Positions 1 through 11,929 of a DNA stretch of 64,000 nt are shown here, one piece after another. How positions within the stretch are numbered: position 1 is the stretch's first letter; the number at the start of each line of letters is the position of its first letter. A model generated the notes under the pieces. It was not told the DNA's origin. It was given only the letters and a program-made list of their open reading frames with translations, and made no database searches. The stretch is from positions 22,421,066-22,485,065 of the forward strand of contig NC_068985.1 in NCBI RefSeq assembly GCF_001194135.2. The letters run 5' to 3'. This DNA comes from Octopus bimaculoides. Its lineage: Eukaryota. Made by a program: the position numbers and the translations under genes.

Positions 1-294
1 AAAAATCACAAAATACTTTCATAGTGCTAGTAACAACACCAACTCATGTGAAGACCAAACAATTAAGTTACTTTAATTCCCAGTTATTAATCAATATCTA
101 TGAAGAGTCTTCATATTCAAGCCAGATTTGTAAATGAATTTTAACATTTTATATATAACAAAATTATTTCTAAAAATATTGTATTAATATTAGTCATCTA
201 ATTCAGATACTGAACTACATAAACTACAACAATCTCTTCTTATGAACACAGTTTTATGGAACAAGTCAAAAGAATTTCTTTAAGTTAAACTTAC

Positions 295-416
295 GTTGGA
301 CAGCCCGGTACTGGTAAACAGAATGTCACACAAAGATAGATAATCAGTAGACTTAACGCAACAACCCAGTCAAGCCAATAATTAACAAGATCTTGGATTG
401 GACTCCACCAAACAAA
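295..416 (-). CDS. HGSNAT: HGSNAT exon (FVWWSPIQDLVNYWLDWVVALSLLIIYLCVTFCLPVPGCPT); gene continues beyond the window start
   Basis: Acceptor tttcag| at 417-418 and donor |gtaagt at 293-294; 122 nt, phase 0 to 2. LPVPGCPT matches the conserved HGSNAT LPVPGCPTGYLGPGG motif. Confidence 0.93.
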
Positions 417-509
417 CTGAAATATTTAAAAAAAAATCATATATCTATATATTAAAGAAAATTGTTTTCATAATGCATTATCAGATATTTTAGCTATAAA
501 AGTAAAGAC

Positions 510-838
510 CCCCTTTGGTCATGAATGACCATGGGATTAACCTAGGAAGTTCCCTTGCTGAGGTACAAGTCTGGGCAAGGTTGTTTATGGAAGACCAGCA
601 GTCACCCATGCATACCAGCCTCCCCTCTCCATACCACCAATGTTATCGAAGGGAAAGGCAAGGGCCGATACAACTTGGCACCAGTGATGTCACAACTCAT
701 TTTTACAGATGAATGAACTGGAGCAACATGAAATAAAGTGTCTTGCTCAAGAACACAACACATAGCCTGGTCTGGAAATCGAACTCACTACCTCATGATT
801 GTGAGCCCGATGCTCTAACCACTAAGCCACGTGCTTTC
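510..838 (-). mobile_element. tRNA-derived SINE; related copies at about 5695-5830(+), 8205-8345(+), 14835-15140(+), 22100-22320(-), 22690-22920(-), 48020-48170(+), 52300-52520(+)
   Basis: Pol III A/B-box-like head (tggcttagtggttagagca...gagttcgatttcc) followed by a shared core (tgttcttgagcaagacacttta) that recurs across the window. Confidence 0.8.
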
Positions 839-1949
839 ACATATATTAGTTATAACATAAAACACAAAATTATACAGGCTGGCCAAAATACACATGTATG
901 GTATTCATCATCATCCTCCTATTATATATTAAATTTTTTTCATGATATATAAATGATATTAATAACCGTATTAAATTTATTCCAAATGTCAGAATGCAAT
1001 GTTTCTTAATGACAAGTAGTTCATTTAATTTCAATGACAAATTCTAAATTTTCTTTTTCTTTCTTAGACTTAAATATAGACTAAGAGAACAGTTAACAAT
1101 AAAGGATATGAAATCTTAGCGACATCTGGGAATGAGCCTTGCTTGATAAGTACAAAGAAAGCTGATATGAAATCAGTATGGTGTACTCAGCATAAACACA
1201 ATAAAGATGAAAATTAGGAAGAAATCAAGACTTTAAATGCGTTCAATATACAAGAACAATTAGCAGTGGTAAAGTCATGAAATGAAATCCATAAACTACT
1301 TAAAAGGCTAACAAGTGGTAGACACCTCACCTTACACACACACACAAATTATTATTTTTAGTTGTTCTGTGGAAGAGCGGGTAGTGTTTATGACCTTTGC
1401 ATGTCCTCATTAGATAACTTAATTAGTGCTGGGAGTAGTTGAAATGAGAGTATAATAACAAGTGGGAGAAAAAGAGATTTAGCTAGCAGTTACCTCTGTT
1501 GGAAAATATATAATAAAAAAAAATTGAGTTCATAATTAAATGTTGACTTTGAATATTTACTTCCTAGTCTCTTCTAACTCCATAAACTCAACTGGCATTT
1601 GAAAACAAAATATTTTACCATGAAAAATAGTAACAGTTTCTGTCTACAAAATCCACTCACAAGGCTTTAATCAGTTCTGATGTCACCAAATCAGAAACTG
1701 AAGTATAAACAAAAATATCTCCACTTTAATTATAGTGATCTACATTTTGATGGCAAATGACAAATTTTAAAATTAAGTCATTTAATGTACATTTAAAAAC
1801 AATTTTTACATGGTGTTTGACAGTGGCTAAATGTAAAAAAAAGTCTTAAAAAATCAAATAAGGTGAGAAACATTACATCAATTTTATGTACAAATAACAG
1901 AAATGAAATAATTATAGCTTATAAACTGTTGATAATTCAAATAATTTAC

Positions 1950-2062
1950 TTGATGGCTGTCTGCTGGTCGGGCAGAAAACATATGTGTTACAGATACAAT
2001 AAAGTAAGTTACAGCAATGCGTTGAAGCACTCCAGGAATACGGATATCTTTCAATTCAATAT
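1950..2062 (-). CDS. HGSNAT: HGSNAT exon (IELKDIRIPGVLQRIAVTYFIVSVTHMFSARPADSHQ)
   Basis: Acceptor ttttctccag| and donor |gtaaat; 113 nt, phase 1 to 0. RIPGVLQR is a hallmark HGSNAT motif. Confidence 0.95.
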
Positions 2063-3204
2063 CTGGAGAAAAGAAAAACAAAATTAATAATCAGCATTAT
2101 AACAATACCTACTGAACAAAAAAACAGGCCCTATAATTAACTTTATATCACAATCATCATCAATAACATTATCAACATCATGATATTGTCATCATTAATA
2201 TTATGACTATCATTATTGTTAATTATTATATCATCATCATTTGACGTCTATTTTCCATGCTGGTATGGGTTGGACAGTATGACAGGAGCTAGCCAGATGG
2301 AGAACTGCCCAGGATCCAGTTGTTTATTTTGGTATGGCTTCTATGGTTGGATGCCCTTCCTAATGCCAACCATTTCAGAGTGTACTGAGTGCTTTTCACA
2401 TTGCATCAGTATGGGTGCTTTTACGTGGAACAGGTGGTTTTACATGGTACAAGCACAGACACTATTATGTGATGCCAACACGAGTGCTTTGTAATATGGT
2501 ACTAGCACCATCTATTCCTCAAGACAAGGACCTCTTGGCTGAGAGAAGAATACAGATGCTAGGAGAATAAAGAGTAGAAAGGGATAAAGTATGAGACAAA
2601 AAGACCTTTTGCTGTAGAGAAGCTGTATGATTACTCACATTTTAGAAGGAGAGTAGAGTTGGAAAGTGATATACATGATAAGGGTCAGCATGGACCTTTA
2701 AGATATAAGGTGAGGAGAAATGAAGATGGAAAGGGTGCCAGGAGTGAGTGGGGGAATCGAGGTCAGGTAGTACAGGGTAGCAGAAAAATAAGGATGATAC
2801 AGTAAATAGGGGGCTCTACACAAATAGCTCAAAATATCTTTATCCCAATTTGTCATATCCTTCCCTACTTTATCAATCAAAGTTTGGTATGACCAGATCA
2901 AACTCACTGAAGTTTAATTTTCATTTGTCCCTATTCTCAAAAAGATTTGCTCCATGACACTTCTTCAAAATTCATTACAGCTTTCAAATAAAACAAGTAC
3001 AACTCTGTACTTTGCTTCATTTTCCTACCAAAAACATTACATAGTTCTAGATTGAAGCCCTTTCAGAACACACCTAGGCACATATATCTGTCATATATGA
3101 AGTGAATCCTCTTTTCAGCACCATTTAGAAATTACTTGCCTTCTATCTCAATTGCATATTTATTACAATAAACAAGTAGTTAAGTACAGTATTTCATAAG
3201 AAGA

Positions 3205-3595
3205 AGGAGGTGCAATGGCCCAGTGGTTAGGGCAGCGGACTCGCGGTCATAGGATCGCGGTTTCGATTCCCAGACCGGGCGTTGTGAGTGTTTATTGAGC
3301 GAAAACACCTAAAGCTCCACGAGGCTCCGGCAGGGGATGGTGGCGAACCCTGCTGTACTCTTCCACCACAACTTTCTCTCACTCTTACTTCCTGTTTCCG
3401 TTGTGCCTGTAATTCAAAGGGTCAGCCTTGTCACACTGTGTCACGCTGAATCTCCCCAAGAACTACGTTTAGGGTACACATGTCTGTGGAGTGCTCAGCC
3501 ACTTGCACGTTAATTTCACGAGCAGGCTGTTCCGTTGATCGGATCAACAGGAACCCTCGACGTCGTAAGCGACGGAGTGCCAACAACAACCAAAA
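3205..3595 (+). mobile_element. Full-length young tRNA-derived SINE with (CAA)n tail and 12-bp target-site duplication
   Basis: A box tggcccagtgg, B box ggtttcgattccc, many intact CpGs. TSD ttcataagaaga at 3193-3204 and 3596-3607. Confidence 0.85.
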
Positions 3596-4096
3596 TTCAT
3601 AAGAAGATACTTTGCAGGAGCAGTTCTGAAAAATGGTAACTAAATGTTAACAGCCATTGTTAACTAGTTACTTTGTACAATAGTTCAAACAACAGCTATA
3701 ATTAGACTATAACAAATGAGAACAATGTAATCTATACTCTTCAGAACTTGATCTGTCATCATGGAATTTCTATGATGCCCAAACATTTAAAACTTTAATT
3801 TAACCAATGTTAATCAGCTTATTAAAAATGGTACAATACTTTGAATCTACTGAACATGTCTTTACACTGAACAAAACATTTTTCAAAAGTAAGATCCTAC
3901 AACACTGAATAGATAGGAAATGTTAATAACAAACCAGATTAAATGAACTTTTTTAATCAAACACCTAATGAATCTTAATCTGGAAATAATATAGAATATA
4001 ATGTAAAAAAAAAAAATTGTAGATTAAATAAAAAAATTAAGCTGATAACAATTAATTGTATAAAAACAGAAGTATTATTAAGTAAATAAAACTTAC

Positions 4097-4248
4097 TCGG
4101 TTTGTTAATAGTGTTGATTATTATGCCAAAGAAAAACAACACAACTGTTCTCCAAACTATCTTTGCTATAATTGTCTGTTTTTTAAGCTCTTTCCGCATC
4201 ATGCTTCGAAAACTATATGCCATAGATGTTCCCATGATGAAGACAAAC
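4097..4248 (-). CDS. HGSNAT: HGSNAT exon (W/FVFIMGTSMAYSFRSMMRKELKKQTIIAKIVWRTVVLFFFGIIINTINKP)
   Basis: Acceptor tttcag| and donor |gtaagt; 152 nt, phase 2 to 1. FPW-FVFIMG is continuous with the previous exon. Confidence 0.95.
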
Positions 4249-4402
4249 CTGAAATTAAATAGATTTACAATACAGAATGGAGTAAAAGAAAGTTTCATTT
4301 ATTAAACTGCTGATTTTTGAACATTTTTTTTCTTTTCTGTTTTTTTTCCCAATAAACTTCATGTCCTTTTCCATAAAATCCAAAGATAACGTTCATGTAA
4401 AC

Positions 4403-4700
4403 ATCATCATCATCATCGTTTAACATCCGCTTTCCATGCTTGCATGGGTTGGACGATTTGACTGAAGACTGGTGAACCAGGTGGCTACACCAGGCTCCAA
4501 TCTGATTTGGCAGTTTCTATAGCTGGATNNNNNNNNNNAGGCTCCAATCTGATTTGGCAGTTTCTATAGCTGGATGCCCTTCCTAATGCCAACCACTCCG
4601 AGAGTGTAGTGGGTGCTTTTACGTGCCACCGGCACGAAGGCCAGTCAGGCGGTACTGGCAACGGCCATGCTCGAAATGGTGTATTTTATGTGCCTAAAGT
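4403..4700 (-). mobile_element. RTE 3'-tail fragment; further copies at about 2216-2500(-), 12830-13200(-), 48620-48948(+), 49643-49980(-), 53247-53450(-), 56262-56430(-)
   Basis: Shared catcatcatcgtttaac...tttccatgc...ctggatgcccttcctaa sequence, identical in type to the 3' UTR of the RTE at 8330-9737. Confidence 0.85.
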
Positions 4701-5053
4701 ATAATTATTGGTATTTTATGGATTGTTAGATTGATGAAAGGTCATGTTGAGTTCCGAAAAATTAGAAATCAGAAACCTGAGACATTATAGTAGGTACCAT
4801 AAAATATCCTGTCAGACCATGTAGTGTGCATATATGAATTTATTTGTGTGTATCCACTTTCTTATTGTAATTTAAATCAGTTTTCAATGGGCAATGTTGC
4901 TTCTACAGAGGGATTGGAGGATCAGATCATGCTCATATCTTTCGCTTTTGGCTTGGATTTTACAGCTGGATGCCTTTCCTATCACCAATCACTTTACAGA
5001 GCATACTACACTAATATTTTCAAATTCACAAAAGAATACAGAAGTTATCTTAC

Positions 5054-5161
5054 CAAGGAAAAACTAGATCTGCAGTATTTATTCCATTCCAAGGCGAATG
5101 CTTGAAGAACCAATATTTACCGCCTCCACAATTGACAAATATCATGTTTACAATGCTAATT
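5054..5161 (-). CDS. HGSNAT: HGSNAT catalytic-region exon ([37 protein letters not shown])
   Basis: Acceptor ttcctccag| and donor |gtaaga; 108 nt, phase 2 to 2. Matches the human motif [29 protein letters not shown], including the catalytic His. Confidence 0.95.
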
Positions 5162-5495
5162 CTGGAGGAATATACAAATATTAATAAATAGATGCATTAT
5201 TTAACCATAACTATTCAAACAAGTCAATTTGCAATAATATAATGGAACAGAATATATTATTTTGTTTTAAAAAAATAAATAAAACACAAAGGCATGGCAA
5301 AGATTTAAATTCAAGAACATTGATTCAGTATCATAATTCAGAAATAGCACTTCTTTAAAATGTTTTAGAAGATTATGCACAATGTTCTTTCATCGTAAAT
5401 AAATATAAAAAATAAAATACGCAAACTGGATTTCAGTTGCTGTTCTTTAATCATGATATTACAAGTGATGAAGTGAGAATTAATAAATTATTTAC

Positions 5496-5599
5496 CCTCG
5501 AAATGCATCAAGTGATTTTAACCTTTCCCGTACAAGTATACGGCTACGTAGGCTTTCATTGTCATCTGTGGGGTTGATGCTGTCTGGAGAGCCAAGATC
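5496..5599 (-). CDS. HGSNAT: HGSNAT exon (DLGSPDSINPTDDNESLRSRILVRERLKSLDAFR/G)
   Basis: Acceptor ttttttcatag| and donor |gtaaat; 104 nt, phase 0 to 2. RLKSLDAFRG corresponds to human RLRSVDTFRG. Confidence 0.93.
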
Positions 5600-6356
5600 C
5601 TATGAAAAAATTAATTATCAATAAGCCCAACTATAAAAAAACAAAAACAAAAAAAAACTAATAATTTCATCATTTCATCATAGTGATTAGGGTTTAGTGG
5701 TCATGATCATAAGGTCATGGATTTGATTCCTGGACCAGCATGTTCTATCCTAGAGTAAGGCACTTCATATCACATTGCTCCAGTCTATTCAGCTGAAAGT
5801 GAATATTGGCCAAGAACTGGTGCAGCCCTCTCTCCTGCCGACTGTTACATCCTCAATGTTTCACCAAATCAAGAGTGATGTGATAAGACAGTGTTAACAT
5901 CTGCTAACAACTACATAGGTATCTAAAGCAATTAGCAAAATGAGGCACATGCTACTAAGTTATATTTGCTAGTGAATGATAGTTATGGTTTCAGGTTTGC
6001 TACAAGGGAGAACATACTATAAAAAAACACCCACATTTCACAAATTGAAATACATACATCATTAAATAAACAGAATGAGAGAAAATGTTGCTATCAAACA
6101 CAGAAAGAAGGCCACAGATTTTCTAGAAAAAGTAGTCACCAACAGTATTGACTCCAGTATGTGACCGGTATTTATTTCATTGGTCTTAGAAAGATGAAAG
6201 CTGGAGTCAAGTGTGACAGGATTTGAAACCAGAATATAAAGGGACTTCAGTTAATTCTGCAAGGTGTTTTATCTGTGGTAGTTATGGTAATATAAATTCC
6301 TGAAGCAAGTAAGGAGAGTCAATGAAAATTTAAAGTAAGAGGTTTCATAAACTTAC

Positions 6357-6414
6357 TGCTTCGATTAGTTTCTCTTGACTAAATCGTGAAATGATTCTTC
6401 TGAAGGTGACACTG
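6357..6414 (-). CDS. HGSNAT: HGSNAT exon (S/SVTFRRIISRFSQEKLIEA)
   Basis: Acceptor ttcttacag| and donor |gtaagt; 58 nt, phase 2 to 0. Joins the flanking exons in frame, and EKLIEA-DLGSP resembles human DRLINS-ELGSP. Confidence 0.85.
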
Positions 6415-6486
6415 CTGTAAGAAAGATAAAATGACAAAACTAATACCGATGCATCTAATGAACAGATATGGAAAAAAAAGTTGTAT

Positions 6487-7170
6487 CATCATCATCATCA
6501 TCATCGTTTAACGTCCGCCTTCCATGCTAGCATGGGTTGGACGATTTGACTGAGGACTGGTGAAACCGGATGGCAACACCAGGCTCCAATCTAATTTGGC
6601 AGAGTTTCTACAGCTGGATGCCCTTCCTAACGCCAACCACTCAGAGAGTGTAGTGGGTGCTTTTACGTGTCACCCGCACGAAAACGGCCACGCTCGAAAT
6701 GGTGTCTTTTATGTGCCACNNNNNNNNNNNNNNNNNNNNNNNNNNNNNNNNNNNNNNNNNNNNNNNNNNNNNNNNNNNNNNNNNNNNNNNNNNNNNNNNN
6801 NNNNNNNNNNNNNNNNNNNNNNNNNNNNNNNNNNNNNNNNNNNNNNNNNNNNNNNNNNNNNNNNNNNNNNNNNNNNNNNNNNNNNNNNNNNNNNNNNNNN
6901 NNNNNNNNNNNNNNNNNNNNNNNNNNNNNNNNNNNNNNNNNNNNNNNNNNNNNNNNNNNNNNNNNNNNNNNNNNNNNTTCCCTCAACTGTTAGGGTGTGG
7001 CACTTTTTCACGCAGCTATCCTCATCCATTCTCACCACATGTCCATACCAGCGCAATCGTCTCTCTTGCACACCACAACTGATGCTTCTAATGTTCAGCT
7101 TTTCTCTCAAGATACTTACACTCTGACGGGTATTCACATTGACATTACATTCACAGTGAAACATAAATGT
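6487..7170 (-). mobile_element. RTE LINE 3' fragment spanning an assembly gap
   Basis: catcatcatcgtttaacgtccgc tail. Beyond the gap the minus frame reads LREKLNIRSISCGVQERRLRWYGHVVRMDEDSCVKKC. Confidence 0.9.
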
Positions 7171-7365
7171 AAAAAGGAACATTTTTCTGTTAGGAATATT
7201 ATTGCTAAAACACTGGCTAACACCAACCAACAAGCAATCTGTAGGATAGTTTGAAAACACAGTGTAAATATATATATAAAATTATATTTTGAAGAAACAA
7301 GAAGAAAATAAAATTGAAAGTAAAATAATTTAAGTTTATATAGTACAAAAGGGAAAATATATTAC

Positions 7366-7432
7366 CTTTTGAAATAAAATGCATATCTCAGCAAGATGAT
7401 TACAAATACAACAGCCATGCTGATATAAATTG
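7366..7432 (-). CDS. HGSNAT: HGSNAT exon encoding the first transmembrane helix (P/IYISMAVVFVIILLRYAFYFK)
   Basis: Acceptor tctttctag| and donor |gtaata; 67 nt, phase 1 to 2. Hydrophobic helix, in frame with both neighbours. Confidence 0.85.
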
Positions 7433-8329
7433 CTAGAAAGACAATGAGATGTTATAAGTTACACAAAAACATTTTATTAAATCAACAAAACTATATGTGT
7501 TTATATTGTTGAAAACATAACACGTAATTTTATTTTTTTAAAAATTGTTACACTATTATACAATACTTCTTGCAAAGAGTGTCAGTAGTCATTGGACTTG
7601 CTAGGAACAGCAGCAAAATCTCCCTCAAATTGTACCCTGCCACCTTAAAAAGGAAAGGCTAGTTGAATGATGAATCCTAAATATACTATGCTTGAAAAAA
7701 AGACATGGTGGTCACAAGTGAAATGCCTTTCATCACAAGTATTCCTAATAAAAACTAACCTTGAACTAAACAGTACTTGTTTTATATATATACATATATA
7801 TATTAATCATCATCACTGAACCTCCATTGTCCATGTTGGCATGAGTTGGACGGTTTGACCAGGGCTGGTAAGTTGGAAGGCTGATTTGGTATGGTTTTCT
7901 ATGACTGGATGCCCAACTGACTATAGAAAATATTCTAATATTAGGGTATAGAAACCCCCATAACAGAAAAAGTGGGCATTAGTACATGTGGAAATCAAAC
8001 CTGAAAGATGTGTGGGTTCAATTCGTATGTGTACTAATGCCCATTTTTTTCTATTAGGGGTTTATATACCCTAATATTTGACTTTTTTATAGTCAATATA
8101 TGATGAAAGCTTACAATTATATTTACAAAATTTTCACTTGTCACTGTTTCTTAATTTATGCAGAATATGCTCACACACACACACGTATGCACATATATAT
8201 GACTGTGTGGCCTAGTGGTTAGGGTGTTGCACTCACAATTGCTAGATTGTGTGTTCAATTTTCAGACTTGGCAGCATAGTGTTCTTGAGTAAAACACTTC
8301 TTTAACGTTGCTCTAGCCTACTCAGCTGT

Positions 8330-9737
8330 AAATGTGTAACCCTGAAATAGTATAACCTAGCTAAAACCAAAGTCTTAATTAGGAAGTCAGACAAACCACA
8401 AATCCCTTCAGGTAGATGACTCTGCTCGATTTGTAGAAAAGGTGTGGGTAGAAACTCCATAAGATGTACCCAGTTTAAGCTATGGACATATAAGAGGTGC
8501 AGCAATATCAAAGGAAGGCTAACTGGGAAGATAGTTTTTGTATGTGGCAGATGCTCAGGAGCAATAAACACAGAAAATGTGCAGAGAACACATGATAGCT
8601 TCCGTTACCTAGGTGACCAAGTCAGTAGCAAGGGTAGATGCTCTGAAAGTGTAGCTGCTAGAATAAGAATAGCCTGGGCAAAGTTCAGAGAGCTCCTGCC
8701 TCTGCTGGTGACAAAGGGCCTCTTGCTCAGAGCAAAAGGTAGACTGTATGACGCATGTGTATGAACAGCCATGCTACATGGCAGTGACTGCTGAGGATAT
8801 GCATAAGCTTGAAAGGAATGAAGCCAGTAGGCTCTGCTGGATGTGTAATGTCAGTGTGCATACACGACAGAGTGCAAGCACCCTGAGAGAAAAGTTGGAC
8901 TTAAGAAGCATCAGATGTGGTGTGCGAGACAGATGACTGCGCTGGTATGGCCATGTGTTGCCAATGGCTGAAGGCAGCTGTGTGAAAAAATGTCACACAC
9001 TAACAGTTGAGGGAACCTGTGGAAGAGGTAGATGCAGGAAGACCTGGGATGAGGTGGTGAAGTACGACCTTTGAACATTGGGCCTCAACGAGGCAATGAC
9101 TAGTGACTGAGACCTTTGGAGGTATGCTGTACCTGAGAAGACCCGACAAACCAATTGAGACCATAACCTGTGGCCTATGCCAGTGGTGTATAACCAGCCT
9201 ACTTATGAGTACCCTTGCAAAGACTTGTTGAAGCAAGTGAAATCAAAATCGCTGACGTGGCCAATGACAGTACTGCCTGATTGGCACTCATGCCAGTGGA
9301 ACGTTAAAAGCACCATCTGAGCATGATAGGTGCCAGGGCCGCTGACTGGCTCCCGTGCCAGTGGCACATAAAAAGCACCATTCGAGTGTCATCGTTGCCA
9401 GCGTCACTTTACTGGCACATGTGCTGGTGGTACGTGAAAAACAACATTCGAGCGTGGTTGTTGCTAGTGCTGCTGGACTGGCTCCCGTGCAGGCAGCACG
9501 TAAAAAACACCTTTTGAGCATGGTCGTTGCCAGTACCACCTGACTGGCACTCATGCCAGTGGCACATAAAAGCACCCACTACACTCTCAGAGTGGTTGGC
9601 ATTAGGAAGGGCATCCAGCTGTAGAAACTTAGCCAGATCAGACTGGAGCCTGGTGCAGCCTTCTGGCTTGCCAGTCCTCAGTCAAACCGTCCAATCCATG
9701 CCAGCATGGAAAGTGGATGTTAAACGACGATGATGAT
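8330..9737 (+). mobile_element. 5'-truncated RTE-clade LINE (ORF2 C-terminus, 3' UTR, gatgatgat tail)
   Basis: Decayed frames read DSFRYLGDQVS, ARIRIAWAKFRELLPLL, KGRLYDACV, LRWYGHV; ends gttaaacgacgatgatgat. Confidence 0.9.
9240..9575 (+). repeat. Degenerate tandem array of about 60-65 bp units in the RTE 3' UTR (about 5 units; also seen at 49790-49980 on the minus strand)
   Basis: Recurring gccagt...actggc...gccagtggcacataaaagcacc units. Confidence 0.7.
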
Positions 9738-10173
9738 GTGAGAATAAAGCACTAAATATTGATTGAATTTATAATATCATGGTGAAGAATGTAACAGCTA
9801 ATAAATAAAAATAAAGGAACACTAGTGTGAAAATCTCAAACTATACAAAAGAATATCAACGAAAGTTTGCAACCAAAATGTTGAGAGAAGATTGCTGTCA
9901 TCAATATTATTTTGTTAATTAGAACAGTGGCCTGGCAGAATAGTTAGCATGAAGAATAGAATTACAACAGGTTGTATCATTTTATTTACATTCATTTGTA
10001 GATAACAAGAGACACAGAAAAAGACTGATTTCTCAACACAAATATAAATATGAAAGAAGTCATAAAAGATTGATAAGAATATATTTGTAAATTTTGCTTT
10101 GAATTTCAATTCATTACAGAGGTATATTAACAAAAGAAGAAAATACAAAATTATAAGTGAAGGAGATACATAC

Positions 10174-10280
10174 GGATAAAAACATCACTAGGATCGTTTG
10201 TCAGTTCCTGAGAACATTGGGTTCTGTTGTAAATCAACAAGTTGTAAATACCATTCTCTTTAAAATGGAATGTAGTTTCC
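10174..10280 (-). CDS. HGSNAT: HGSNAT luminal-domain exon (Q/ETTFHFKENGIYNLLIYNRTQCSQELTNDPSDVFI/P)
   Basis: Acceptor caattttag| and donor |gtatgt; 107 nt, phase 2 to 1. FKENGIYNL resembles human FGEFGNYSL, and NDPSD resembles EDPVD. Confidence 0.85.
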
Positions 10281-10745
10281 CTAAAATTGAAAATAAGAAA
10301 GTATGTATTTGTGTGTGTGTATATATCTATATATATAAAAAATTTTTTCGGAATGAGATAAAAAAACCCAAGGCTGTGAAGATTTCAGAACATTTATAAA
10401 TAGGTCTTACAGCTGTTTCCAGGATATTTATTATATCCCTTCATCGGAGACGGCGTGAGAAGATGGTTAAGCAATAGTTAATTTAGATAAGAAATGAAAT
10501 AGAGAGTGAAGTGGAGGAATGAAAATAGATGCGAGATATGCAGGGATATTGCATTTGTAGATCCATTATTTATATACACACATGCTGATATATGACCTAT
10601 GTTGGACTCCTTATTCACATAATCACTGAACCTGGAGCTTAACTATGGTCTATCCATAGCACTTACTCAGCATTACCTGACACCTTTGGGTCTTATTGAC
10701 ACCATTACCGCTTATAACCTCTCTGTCACTGTGTATGTATGTGTA

Positions 10746-10780
<35 letters not shown>

Positions 10781-11800
10781 CATCATCATCATCGTTTAAC
10801 GTCCGCTTTCCATGCTAGCATGGGTTGGACGATTNNNNNNNNNNNNNNNNNNNNNNNNNNNNNNNNNNNNNNNNNNNNNNNNNNNNNNNNNNNNNNNNNN
10901 NNNNNNNNNNNNNNNNNNNNNNNNNNNNNNNNNNNNNNNNNNNNNNNNNNNNNNNNNNNNNNNNNNNNNNNNNNNNNNNNNNNNNNNNNNNNNNNNNNNN
11001 NNNNNNNNNNNNNNNNNNNNNNNNNNNNNNNNNNNNNNNNNNNNNNNNNNNNNNNNNNNNNNNNNNNNNNNNNNNNNNNNNNNNNNNNNNNNNNNNNNNN
11101 NNNNNNNNNNNNNNNNNNNNNNNNNNNNNNNNNNNNNNNNNNNNNNNNNNNNNNNNNNNNNNNNNNNNNNNNNNNNNNNNNNNNNNNNNNNNNNNNNNNN
11201 NNNNNNNNNNNNNNNNNNNNNNNNNNNNNNNNNNNNNNNNNNNNNNNNNNNNNNNNNNNNNNNNNNNNNNNNNNNNNNNNNNNNNNNNNNNNNNNNNNNN
11301 NNNNNNNNNNNNNNNNNNNNNNNNNNNNNNNNNNNNNNNNNNNNNNNNNNNNNNNNNNNNNNNNNNNNNNNNNNNNNNNNNNNNNNNNNNNNNNNNNNNN
11401 NNNNNNNNNNNNNNNNNNNNNNNNNNNNNNNNNNNNNNNNNNNNNNNNNNNNNNNNNNNNNNNNNNNNNNNNNNNNNNNNNNNNNNNNNNNNNNNNNNNN
11501 NNNNNNNNNNNNNNNNNNNNNNNNNNNNNNNNNNNNNNNNNNTATTCTTATTCTAGCAGCTACACTTTCAGCGCACCCACCCCCACTACTAACTTGGTCG
11601 CCCAGATAGCGGAAGCTATCAACTACCTCTAGTTTTTCACCCTGGAATGAGATAGAAGTTGTTTCCTGTTTGTTTGCAGTCTTTATTGCACCTGAACATC
11701 TGCCACAAACAAAAACTAACTTGCTAGTTAACCTGCCTTTGATGTTGCTATATATATATATATATATATATATATTTTCATATGTATGCATTACATGCAT
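10781..11800 (-). mobile_element. RTE LINE 3' fragment spanning an assembly gap
   Basis: Same tail. Minus frame reads SNIKGRLTSKLVFVCGRCSG...VDSFRYLGDQVSSGGGCAESVAARIRI. Confidence 0.9.
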
Positions 11801-11929
11801 ATGTGTATGTTTTATCTATCTATCCACATGCACACAAGTCAAAAACTTGGCTCAATGGGTGATTATCTGACTACACCAAAACAAATCAATCTCCTGATGA
11901 CACCACATCTGCAATAGTTCAAGCATACT

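Noticed and set aside
3205-3280. tRNA gene (also at the other SINE heads and near 35000-35060)
   Set aside because: A and B boxes are present, but there is no complete cloverleaf and each continues into a SINE body and tail.
9240-9575. CRISPR-like repeat-spacer array
   Set aside because: Degenerate tandem units with no unique spacers, inside a LINE 3' UTR, in a eukaryotic context with no cas genes.
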